DNA from: Pirellula staleyi DSM 6068
Lineage (GTDB): Bacteria; Planctomycetota; Planctomycetia; Pirellulales; Pirellulaceae
Length of the DNA: 32,000 bases
Reading direction: 5' to 3'
Assembly (NCBI GenBank): GCA_000025185.1
Contig: CP001848.1
Coordinates: 2,580,001 to 2,612,000 of the forward strand
Shown here: positions 1-8,216 of the stretch, one piece after another
Layout: each line of letters opens with the position of its first letter
Position numbering within the stretch: the first letter of the stretch is position 1
Translations under genes and position numbers: made by a program
Notes under the pieces: generated by a model
Seen by the model: the letters and a program-made list of their open reading frames with translations, nothing else
What the model was told of the DNA's origin: nothing
Databases searched by the model: none

Positions 1-61
1 GCAGCCGATATCGAAGAAGCCGAATACTCTGGAAATTCCATTTTTGTCACGACAACGGGCC

Positions 62-1507
62 ATGACTAAACGCCACGTCAGTACGACGCCACCGCAAGCT
101 TCGGCCAGCACCGAGCTGACGAGCCGTTCGTCGGCTGTTCGCGTGGGAGTGTTGCCCGCTTGGCTGCACCAATCGGTTGCAGTGGCCTTGGCGGTTTGGC
201 TTGTGGTTGTAATCGCCTGGCCCCAAGTCGATGCGAAGTTTCGCGCCACCGCGGTGGTGCTGCCGAGCCTCGCCGCCAGCGATGCGGTCCTTGCAACTCA
301 CTGGAATGGGGCAGCAATTGAGAAGTGGATCGAGCACACGAGCATGCAGGGCGATGGCCACTCGGCATCCCTCTCGCCGCGCGTTCGTGCTCGGTCGATC
401 AGCGAGTCGACAGCTGCTCCCATCGAACTCGAATTGATTGGCAACAGCCGTGCCGAAGTTGGGGGAGCACTCCAGCAAATAGCCGTTCGGCTCGCCGCCG
501 ACTACATCCAGGAACATGGCAGTGCCGAGCATGCCAAGCTGGTTCAAAGTCAGATGGCTGCCGTTCGCGCCCTGCGGCTCGAAGAAGATCGCCTCCGCCG
601 CGAACTCCTAACGGTGGAAGAATTGGCCCAGGCTGATCGCGAACGTCTCGAAGCAGAATCGCCAGCACCTTCCAGCACCGCAGTTCCGGAGGTCGCCAGT
701 AAAATAGCCGACGCCACCGAGCAGCGCCTGGCAGAGATGCGACTCGAACTGGCTCGCCTCGAGGCAAACTACACCGATCAACATCCAGCGGTGATCGCGC
801 TCAAAGAGCAGATCCGCCAGATCGAGCGCCAGGCTTCGCCCCCGAGTGATTCATCAAGCAATCTCGATTTCTCGTCAAACCCTGCCAACAATTCAACGCT
901 ACCAACGCAGCTGATTTCAACCAATGTCAACGGCTATCCTTCGACCGGCATTGGCCCAGTAACTGCGAGCGAAGAAGCTCGTAATCTCGAGTCGGAAATC
1001 GCCGCCACTTCTGATCGTCGTAAGCAGGCCGAATGGCGGCTCGAAGAACTGGTGCGGTCGCAAGAGGCCGCCGCCACGCAGCTGGCTGGTCGGATCGGCT
1101 CGCCTGTCGAAGTGACCCGCGCCACTGCTCCTATCGATTCCCTTGCGCTTGTGATTGCCTCGCTGGTGGCTCTGCTCGCAGCTTACTTTGTTCGTCAGCT
1201 CTCGCTCTATGCGGCGCGCCCCACGATCCTTTCGACCGATCACGATGTCGCCACGTTGCTCGCCCTCCCGATGATTGGGCATGCCACCGCCAGCCGCAGT
1301 GACGCGACGATGAGCAGCCAGGCATCGCAAATCACACGAGCCCGCGCTCTGTTGCCGTGGGTGGTGGGGACGAGTGAAACGATCATCGCGGCTGTGCTTT
1401 TGGCGTCGATCACTGCTTGTGTGCTCGACCCAGTTCTTTTGCAAGAGTTCACCGCTAATCCGCTGGCTGGCATGCTCGAACTTTCGGCCCGGATGCTCGG
1501 CAGTTAG
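62..1507 (+). CDS. Polysaccharide co-polymerase (PCP; Wzz/GumC/EpsF-like chain-length determinant) without a kinase domain
   Basis: ORF-track ORF 44..1507 starts at TTG 44; the first ATG is at 62. It has an N-terminal TM helix (VAVALAVWLVVVIAW) and a long Ala/Glu/Arg/Leu-rich coiled-coil middle. It carries the family-typical motif ANYTDQHPAVIALKEQIRQIE (Y-x3-HP-x-V-x2-L-x2-QI) and C-terminal TM helices (LALVIASLVALLAAYFV, IIAAVLLASITACVL). The start codon is uncertain. Confidence 0.7.
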   Translation: MTKRHVSTTPPQASASTELTSRSSAVRVGVLPAWLHQSVAVALAVWLVVVIAWPQVDAKFRATAVVLPSLAASDAVLATHWNGAAIEKWIEHTSMQGDGHSASLSPRVRARSISESTAAPIELELIGNSRAEVGGALQQIAVRLAADYIQEHGSAEHAKLVQSQMAAVRALRLEEDRLRRELLTVEELAQADRERLEAESPAPSSTAVPEVASKIADATEQRLAEMRLELARLEANYTDQHPAVIALKEQIRQIERQASPPSDSSSNLDFSSNPANNSTLPTQLISTNVNGYPSTGIGPVTASEEARNLESEIAATSDRRKQAEWRLEELVRSQEAAATQLAGRIGSPVEVTRATAPIDSLALVIASLVALLAAYFVRQLSLYAARPTILSTDHDVATLLALPMIGHATASRSDATMSSQASQITRARALLPWVVGTSETIIAAVLLASITACVLDPVLLQEFTANPLAGMLELSARMLGS

Positions 1508-1816
1508 CCTTTATCGCTGAGGTAAAGGTTGCCGGTTAGTGCGGCAGCATCGCGCGGTACGACTTCGCTGCTACGGCATAGCGGAAAACTTCCTGCCCCT
1601 CTTTGACGGCGCGATGCGGTTGTCGCTTTAGATGCCGCCACTCTCGTGCCGATGAGTGAATCAGTCGTTCCAACCTTGCGCGCAAACTCTGCGCGAGCGT
1701 TGCTAGCGACTTACACCATGAGGCGGGCTTTTGCCTGGCATGCAGCTCACCGCAGCCACGATCGAAAGCACATGCGTGTGCGGCCCCTTTGCCAACCGCG
1801 CGATCAGATACAGGAA

Positions 1817-3397
1817 ATGACAATGTACGAAGGTTACTTCGGGTTCACGAAGCGCCCCTTTCAGGCCGTTCCTTCAGCTGATTGCTATGTCCCCACGCCT
1901 TGCCTCGAGCAAGCTCGACAGACCCTCCATCGCTCGATCGAGCGTGCCGAAGGTCCTGCGATTGTGGTTGGTCCCACTGGTACGGGCAAAAGCGCCCTCT
2001 GCCATCGTTTGGCGGCCGATCTGCGCGGACAATACTCGGTCGTGCAGCTCGCTGGCACCCATCTTAGTACCCGCCGCGCCTTGCTCCAAAACATCCTGTT
2101 CGAACTGAAGCTTCCCTACCGCCACATGGACGAAGGTGAGCTTCGGCTAACGCTTGTCGACTTCCTCGAGCCGAGCGAATCGGGCAAGCCCGCGATGGTG
2201 CTGATCGTCGATGAAGCCCACACGCTTCCGCTCCGTCTACTCGACGAAGTGCGGCTGATTTCGGGGATCGTGCGAGCTGGCGAGCAGCGCGTCCATCTAG
2301 TGATGGCTGGGAGCACGCTGCTCGAAGAACGCCTCGCCTCACCAAAGCTCGACTCGTTCAATCAACGCCTCGCCGCACGCTGTTTCACGCAGTCGCTTAA
2401 CCGCGAAGAAACACGCGAGTATGTCGCCTCGCAGCTTGGCCGTGTCGGCGCAAACATCGATCATTTACTCGCTCCTGAAGCGATTCGTGCGATCTACTCG
2501 GCCACCGATGGAATCGTGCGACTCATCAATCAAGTCTGCGATCACGCCCTGATGCTCGCCGCTGTCGGTGGACATCGTTATCTCTATGCCAATGCCATCG
2601 AAGAGGCCTGGGCCGATCTGCAGCAACTTCCAGCTCCTTGGCACGAAGTGTCGAAGGCGAGCTTGGTCCTTCCCGCAGCGAGCGAAGTTGGCGCAAGCAG
2701 CATGATTGAGTTTGGCACACTTCCCGACGAAGATGCCCCAGCGGCTGGCGCGTCGAGCATCGAAGTAGCCAAGACCCTCGACATCAAACTTGCTTCGATC
2801 GACGAGCAGCTGGCGCTCGCCACCAACGAAGAGATCGATGTCGTCGAGCCCGAAGAGCCTGCAGCTCGCGAGTTTTCGCCCGCCGCAGCGGTGGAGTCGG
2901 CCCCGAAGACAGAGGTCGAGCTTTTCTTCAGTGTAACAGACCCGTTTGGGTCGGGTTTTGACGACGAAGAAGTGGTGGTCGATCGCTACGCCACGCTACA
3001 ATCTCAAGCGGCTCAAAGTGTATCGAGCTACGAAGGTCGCGAAATCGGACAAGCCTTAGCTCGCGCCTTGCGACAGGTCGAAGCGATGGAAGCAGCCGAT
3101 CGCATCGAAGCCGAAGCTGAGCTTGAGGAATCGTCGAGCGATGAAGAGTTGCAGTCGATCAGCTTTGCACAAGATCGGGCCGACCTCGACTTCGACCCTT
3201 CGAGCGATCCTGTGATGCCCGATATGCCAGAGCCGAAGCGCGAGCATCAAACGCTCCCGCTCGATCGCTTTGCAGCCGACGATCGGGACATGATCGTGAT
3301 CGACGAACAATCTCCTGCCGCAACACTCGGAGCGCTCACCCCTCGAGCTCGTCGCCAGGAATATCGTCGGCTTTTTAGCTCGCTCCGGAGCCGGTAG
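1817..3397 (+). CDS. ExeA/GspA-type AAA ATPase (putative secretion ATPase of EPS loci)
   Basis: ORF-track ORF 1646..3397 starts at GTG. I place the start at ATG 1817 (MTMYEGYFGFTKRPF) because ExeA-type ATPases begin M-Y-x2-F/Y-F-G-x4-PF. Walker A is GPTGTGKS and Walker B is MVLIVDEAH. The C-terminal ~220 aa are acidic and low-complexity. Confidence 0.8.
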   Translation: MTMYEGYFGFTKRPFQAVPSADCYVPTPCLEQARQTLHRSIERAEGPAIVVGPTGTGKSALCHRLAADLRGQYSVVQLAGTHLSTRRALLQNILFELKLPYRHMDEGELRLTLVDFLEPSESGKPAMVLIVDEAHTLPLRLLDEVRLISGIVRAGEQRVHLVMAGSTLLEERLASPKLDSFNQRLAARCFTQSLNREETREYVASQLGRVGANIDHLLAPEAIRAIYSATDGIVRLINQVCDHALMLAAVGGHRYLYANAIEEAWADLQQLPAPWHEVSKASLVLPAASEVGASSMIEFGTLPDEDAPAAGASSIEVAKTLDIKLASIDEQLALATNEEIDVVEPEEPAAREFSPAAAVESAPKTEVELFFSVTDPFGSGFDDEEVVVDRYATLQSQAAQSVSSYEGREIGQALARALRQVEAMEAADRIEAEAELEESSSDEELQSISFAQDRADLDFDPSSDPVMPDMPEPKREHQTLPLDRFAADDRDMIVIDEQSPAATLGALTPRARRQEYRRLFSSLRSR

Positions 3398-3495
3398 TGT
3401 GCGGGGCGCAGATCCCCAGCGCTACTCTGCTACGGCGAATGTATCCTTGCGTTGAATGATGAGCAGGCGGCAATTTCGCGAGAAGGATCGAGCCG

Positions 3496-4752
3496 ATGAG
3501 CCGAATGTTGCAAGCACTCAAGCGACTCGAAGAGAAGCAGCAATCGCAGCCCGAAACTTCGGCTGCAGAGAAGCCAGCGACTTCACCGCAGCTGTCGCGG
3601 GTCGAGAGCGTCAGCGATGTCGCCGAGCAGAGCACTAGCGAGATCGCTCCCCCCAGTGCCACTTTCTTCCAAGCGATGCAAATGTCGCCAGTCGCTCGGG
3701 AGGCGAAGCTCGAGCCACTTTCCACCACTTACTCCGTCGAGCCTTCGTTCACTTCGATCGACTCGCTGCTACTCGAAGCCCAAGACGACTATCACTCCGC
3801 AGCAAGTGTTGTTCCGCCGATTTCAGTTGCTGAAACGCTTGAGCAACACGAAACACCTTCTGCTCCCGTGGAACCTGAAGTTGCACCGAGCGTGAGTGTG
3901 CCTCCACCGGCCGCTGTAGCTGTGACCGATGAAGTTGTCGCGACGCCCGAGCCGGTGCTCCCTTTGCCCGCTCCTCAGCCGCTGCTGAGCACCCCTCCAG
4001 TTGCCGCCGCTGTCTCCCCGTTAGCGCGACTGCTCGAACCTGCGAGCGTTGCCCAGCATACGCCGATCGATCCGTCGATCAGCACGATTTGGCAGCCGAG
4101 CCCGAGCACTTTTTCGTCTCGTCCAGCGGCTGAAGCAACGCCGTTTGAGCTGGCCTGCCAGTCGATTCTGAATGATCGCGATCTCTCTCAGCCGATTCGC
4201 ACCATGACCCGCCGACTGCTCGACGATCTGCAGGTCGGACCCCGGCAAGTGGCGCTGCTGGTGGGAGTGGGAGCTGCAAGCGACACCACGCAATCGGCGC
4301 TGCTGCTGGCGATGTCGCTGGCCGCTCAGCTCGGGGATGTGCTGATCGTCGATGCCGATCCGGTACGCCAAAAGCTGACCGTTGAACTCAAAGCCGAAGG
4401 AGGAGCTGGCGTCAGCGACGTACTGCTCCGAAAAGAAGCCGAGCACCGCGCCTCGCGCAAGTTGCAAACGCCCGGTCTCACTGCGATGGGTACAGGATCG
4501 GCCCTGGCGACCCCTGCGGATGCGCCCGATGACTGGGCGGAACTCTCGGCGCACTGGCGCAGCACCTATCGGCTCGTCCTTCTGTGCGGCGGTCGCGCGA
4601 GTGACGATGCTGCCATCGCCTGGTCGCGCGCTGCCGATGCAACCTACGTTGCCATCAAGCTCGGAGCTGTCGAGGCCGCCGCTGCTCAGGCCGACATTGC
4701 CCGGCTGCAATCGGCTGGTGCACGGGTGCTCGGCTGCATTGCCATCGAGTAG
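3496..4752 (+). CDS. BY-kinase/MinD-fold protein with degenerate Walker A and B motifs (probable pseudo-kinase), with a Pro/Ala-rich N-terminal half
   Basis: ATG start with a GAAGGA-like purine tract upstream. Residues ~215-418 align by eye to bacterial tyrosine-kinase catalytic domains. IRTMTRRLL matches the FRxLRTN motif and VLIVDADPVRQ matches Walker A' (VLLIDADLRRP). GVSDVLL and the C-terminal ARVLGCIAIE match GvVlN-type ends. However, the Walker A position reads GVGAASDTTQSA (no GK[ST]) and the Walker B position reads YRLVLLCGG (no Asp). There is no C-terminal Tyr cluster. Confidence 0.65.
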   Translation: MSRMLQALKRLEEKQQSQPETSAAEKPATSPQLSRVESVSDVAEQSTSEIAPPSATFFQAMQMSPVAREAKLEPLSTTYSVEPSFTSIDSLLLEAQDDYHSAASVVPPISVAETLEQHETPSAPVEPEVAPSVSVPPPAAVAVTDEVVATPEPVLPLPAPQPLLSTPPVAAAVSPLARLLEPASVAQHTPIDPSISTIWQPSPSTFSSRPAAEATPFELACQSILNDRDLSQPIRTMTRRLLDDLQVGPRQVALLVGVGAASDTTQSALLLAMSLAAQLGDVLIVDADPVRQKLTVELKAEGGAGVSDVLLRKEAEHRASRKLQTPGLTAMGTGSALATPADAPDDWAELSAHWRSTYRLVLLCGGRASDDAAIAWSRAADATYVAIKLGAVEAAAAQADIARLQSAGARVLGCIAIE

Positions 4753-4839
4753 CCAGATTCGACTGCGTTGCCAAGCAAGGACTTGATTCCGTTGGTACGA
4801 TTAGCGAGTTCTAGATCACCCTTCCTAGGATCATCTCGC

Positions 4840-5772
4840 ATGGCTGTTTGCCTCGTCACCGGTGGCGCTGGCTTCGTTGGATCGCACCTCACGCAGGCCC
4901 TCGTCAAGCGCGGGCATCAAGTGCGCGTGCTCGATAACCTCAGCACCGGCGCTGCCAAAAATCTGACGGGACTCATCGACCAGATCGAGATCCATCAAGC
5001 CGATTTGCTCGATGCGAATGCCGTTTCAGCCGCGCTCCAAGGTGTCGAGTGGGTCTTTCATCAAGCGGCACTTGCCTCGGTTCCCCGCAGTGTGGCCGAG
5101 CCCCTCGAAACACATGCCGCATGTGTAACTGCGACGGTCCAGCTCTTGCATTTGGCCGTGAAAGCAGGGGTGAAACGCGTCGTTTACGCCGCGTCGAGCA
5201 GTGCCTATGGCAATCAAGCCACGCCGGTCAAACGGGAGACCGATCTCCCCGCGCCACTTTCCCCCTACGCAGCTGCGAAGCTGGCCGCTGAATATTACTG
5301 CGTGAGTTTTTATCACAGCTACGGACTCGAAACCGTGGCGCTGCGCTACTTCAACGTCTTCGGACCTCGCCAAGATCCTTCGGGACCCTACGCTGCGGTT
5401 ATCCCGATCTTCATCAAGCGACTGCTCGAAGCGAAGTCCCCGATTATCTATGGCGATGGACTGCAAACGCGCGATTTCACGTTTGTGGAGAATGTCGTCG
5501 AAGCCAATTTGCTGGCGGCCACATCGACCGGCGCTGTGGGGCGCGTGATGAATATTGGCAATGGCCAATCGACGTCGCTCGTCGAATTGCTGGCTTCGAT
5601 CAATCGAGCACTCGGGACCAACATCGCCGCTGAATTTCAGCCCGAGCGCACGGGAGATGTGCGCGACAGTTTGGCCGATATCAGCCTCGCGCGCGAGTTG
5701 CTCGGCTATGTCCCGCGCGTCGATCTCGAGCAGGGGCTCGCGCGCACGATTGCCTATTACAAAAACGCCTAA
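4840..5772 (+). CDS. NAD-dependent nucleotide-sugar 4-epimerase (extended SDR; WbpP/TviC/Gne-like)
   Basis: ORF-track ORF is 4768..5772. I moved the start to ATG 4840 so that the Rossmann motif VTGGAGFVGSH is N-terminal. The catalytic Ser and YxxxK are present (SSSAYG, SPYAAAKLAAE), as is GDGLQTRDFTFVENVV. The substrate cannot be determined from sequence alone. Confidence 0.9.
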   Translation: MAVCLVTGGAGFVGSHLTQALVKRGHQVRVLDNLSTGAAKNLTGLIDQIEIHQADLLDANAVSAALQGVEWVFHQAALASVPRSVAEPLETHAACVTATVQLLHLAVKAGVKRVVYAASSSAYGNQATPVKRETDLPAPLSPYAAAKLAAEYYCVSFYHSYGLETVALRYFNVFGPRQDPSGPYAAVIPIFIKRLLEAKSPIIYGDGLQTRDFTFVENVVEANLLAATSTGAVGRVMNIGNGQSTSLVELLASINRALGTNIAAEFQPERTGDVRDSLADISLARELLGYVPRVDLEQGLARTIAYYKNA

Positions 5773-5781
5773 GTCGCGGTA

Positions 5782-7167
5782 CTACTTCTGCGAGAACTGA
5801 CGCTTCAGTCCCCCCACGAGTTTGACAAAGTCGTACCAGTAACGACGATCGATCATCGCGTAGGCCATGCCTGCCGCCGTGAAAATCGATCCCATCACCA
5901 CGAACATCGTGGGATACATCGGCAGCTCATAGCGCTTCGCGAGATAGAGGAGTGTGCCGGCGAGTGGTGCACCGATGAGCGTACCGGCATCGAAGAACAT
6001 GAGGGCGAGTGTGGTGCCAATCCCACGATGTTTCGCAGGAAACGCCGTGCTGATTCCCGCAATCACCGCCGGGAATAGCAGTGCATGAGCTCCTCCGAGA
6101 GCGAGGGCGGCGGGGATCATGTGAAAGGAAGTTCGAACCGGCGCGAGGCAGCAAAAAGCGGTCACCAGCAAAAGTGTGCCGAGGATCGTGCAAACGTAGT
6201 TGCCGAGTCGTTCGGGCCAGCGCCGCGAGATGACGCGCCCCGCGAGCGCACTCAGCCCATAAATCGTAAAGAAGATCCACACCGTGGGGATGTCGAGCGA
6301 TTGGGCAAACGGCCTCAGGAAGGTGAGTGGCAAATTGAGTCCTGCACCTGCCACGGCCGACATGGCGAGCAAAGCGCCCGGCTGAAACTCGCGAATCACG
6401 CTCAGCACAGGAAGTTCGACTGTGGCCACCGGAGCTGTGTCGCGCCAGGCCGCTAGGATCGCAAAGACTCCGGCCAGTGCAACACTTCCCGCCGCGACAA
6501 CAAACAGCAGATTGATTTCCAGTCGCGTGAGCCCGTCGCTGCCGCAGATGGCGTCGCCAATCATCGGCCCCACCAGCATTCCACCAAACCCGGCGGTTCC
6601 CAAAGTGCCAATCATTTCGGCCATTCGCTCGGGAGGAGCTTTGCGACTGACGAACGTCATCGCCGCGCTGAAGATTCCCGCCGTGCTCGAAGCGGCCAGG
6701 CACCGCAAGAGAAAAATCGGAACCGAGTAGGCACTCGTGACAAACAAATTGGCGAGCAAGCTCAGAACCAGAATCACAAGCGACAGAATCCAAATCGGAC
6801 GTGCTCCGAGCCGATCGATCCCACGCCCCTGAAGCAGCCGCGTACACATGCTGCCGACAGCACCCACGCCGACGATCCATCCGAGTTGCTGCTCGGTTCC
6901 ACCCAAATGCAGCACGAAATCGCTGTAGCGAACCAGCATCGCGAGCGAGGCCATCGTCAGGAAGTTCGAGACGTAGGCAAACCAAAACGATAGCCCGTAA
7001 GCGCTCGTCGGCTGTAAACCAGCCCCGATCTGAACATCGGTGCAGGTGGCCGCAGAAACTGTAGGCACCGATCGACTTGCTATTCCAGCGGCGAGCGGGG
7101 CGGCGGTTTCGGACTGAATAACCGCACTATTCGCTAAATCTGGCTCGTTTGTCGCAAGGTCCGACAA
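5782..7167 (-). CDS. MFS transporter
   Basis: Multi-TM hydrophobic profile over ~400 aa. MFS motif A lies between early helices (LLQGRGIDRLGARP, i.e. G-x3-D-R-x-G-x-R). The TTG start at 7167 is uncertain, because there is no in-frame ATG before the first TM helix. Confidence 0.8.
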   Translation of the reverse strand: MSDLATNEPDLANSAVIQSETAAPLAAGIASRSVPTVSAATCTDVQIGAGLQPTSAYGLSFWFAYVSNFLTMASLAMLVRYSDFVLHLGGTEQQLGWIVGVGAVGSMCTRLLQGRGIDRLGARPIWILSLVILVLSLLANLFVTSAYSVPIFLLRCLAASSTAGIFSAAMTFVSRKAPPERMAEMIGTLGTAGFGGMLVGPMIGDAICGSDGLTRLEINLLFVVAAGSVALAGVFAILAAWRDTAPVATVELPVLSVIREFQPGALLAMSAVAGAGLNLPLTFLRPFAQSLDIPTVWIFFTIYGLSALAGRVISRRWPERLGNYVCTILGTLLLVTAFCCLAPVRTSFHMIPAALALGGAHALLFPAVIAGISTAFPAKHRGIGTTLALMFFDAGTLIGAPLAGTLLYLAKRYELPMYPTMFVVMGSIFTAAGMAYAMIDRRYWYDFVKLVGGLKRQFSQK

Positions 7168-7292
7168 GACATTTCATTCCGAAAGGGTGCCGATAAGCTC
7201 GGCTGCTGTACCCTTTCAGTATACAGTAGCAAGGCAAGTGGCTGACCCCGAAAAATTGGGGGAGCCTCCCTCTTCCGGCCTCCTATCGCGGG

Positions 7293-8078
7293 ATGCCTTT
7301 TGATGATGTCGACATGACTACCACTACGCTGATGCCACAGGCAGATTCGACCGCACACTCCCAGACTCGCACCCTGGTGACGATTGCCACTTACAACGAG
7401 CGCGACAATTTGCCGCTGCTGCTCGATGCCATTCAGGCCGCGCTGCCCGACGCCGACATTCTGGTGATCGACGATAACAGCCCCGACGGAACGGGGCGCT
7501 ACTGCGACGAGAGGAGTGCTGCCGACAAACGCCTGCACTGCTTGCATCGGGCCGGGAAGCTGGGACTGGGAACCGCCACCATTGCGGGAATGAGGTATGC
7601 CATCGAGCAGAACTATGACGTGATGGTGAACCTCGACGCCGATTTTAGCCATCATCCACGCCATTTGCCCGCGCTCCTAACAGGCCTCAACACGGCGGAT
7701 GTCGCGATCGGAAGTCGCTATGTTCCTGGTGGAAAAGTAGAGAACTGGCCCTTTTATCGCCGCGCGATGAGCTGGTGCGTGAACACCTATGCCCGCGTTT
7801 TGCTGGGGCTGCGACCGCGCGATGTCAGCGGCGCTTATCGAGCCTACAAGGTCGAGGTGCTGCGGCCGATCGACTTCGATCGGATTGTCTCGCGCGGCTA
7901 TTCGTTCCAAGAGGAGTTGTTGTGGGTCCTCAAGCGAGCCCGCGCATCGATGGTGGAAGTTCCGATCACGTTTGCCGACCGCGAGCGAGGCGTGAGCAAG
8001 ATCAATAAGAGCGAGGCGCTGGCTGCCATCGCAATTCTGTTTCGGCTGGGGATCAAAAATTGGCTCGGAATTCGTTAA
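7293..8078 (+). CDS. GT2 polyprenol-phosphate mannosyl/glycosyl transferase (Dpm1/Ppm1-like)
   Basis: GT-A signatures are present: TLVTIATYNERDNLPLLL, DILVIDDNSPDGT, NLDADFSHHP and SRYVPGG. The ~260-aa single-domain size is typical of polyprenol-monophosphomannose synthases. An alternative ATG lies at 7314. Confidence 0.85.
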   Translation: MPFDDVDMTTTTLMPQADSTAHSQTRTLVTIATYNERDNLPLLLDAIQAALPDADILVIDDNSPDGTGRYCDERSAADKRLHCLHRAGKLGLGTATIAGMRYAIEQNYDVMVNLDADFSHHPRHLPALLTGLNTADVAIGSRYVPGGKVENWPFYRRAMSWCVNTYARVLLGLRPRDVSGAYRAYKVEVLRPIDFDRIVSRGYSFQEELLWVLKRARASMVEVPITFADRERGVSKINKSEALAAIAILFRLGIKNWLGIR

Positions 8079-8216
8079 TTCCAGGCCTCTCGAGCGTGCT
8101 CACCGCAATCCTCGCTTGTCTCGATTCGCTGCCACCGCGTATTCTATAGCGGAGCGAAGGTGGGCCTTGTTTTCCACTCGCTGCTGCGACTTCTCCCTTA
8201 GTAAAGAACATCTCCG

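Noticed and set aside
1536-1823. 95-aa minus-strand ORF in the gap between the PCP and ATPase genes, and the N-terminal extension of the ATPase ORF back to GTG 1646.
   Set aside because: The product is basic (Arg/His/Ala-rich) with no motif. ExeA-type proteins start at the MYxxYFG motif, so the extension (RRAFAWHAAHRSHDRKHMRVRP...) is most likely untranslated leader.
5927-6985. 352-aa minus-strand ORF in another frame of the MFS gene; likewise 4021..4710 (-) inside the BY-kinase-like gene and 10469..11197 (+) inside the dehydrogenase gene.
   Set aside because: These are alternative-frame ORFs with extreme Arg/Gly/Cys content. The annotated frames show the family motifs.
8079-8216. Possible cobalamin or NiCo riboswitch in the leader of the CbiM-like gene.
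   Set aside because: The leader is only 138 nt, and I could not find a B12-box-like core or a convincing four-way junction, only short nested stems (CCGC/GCGG inside GCCACC/GGTGGGC). That is not enough to call a riboswitch without a covariance-model scan.
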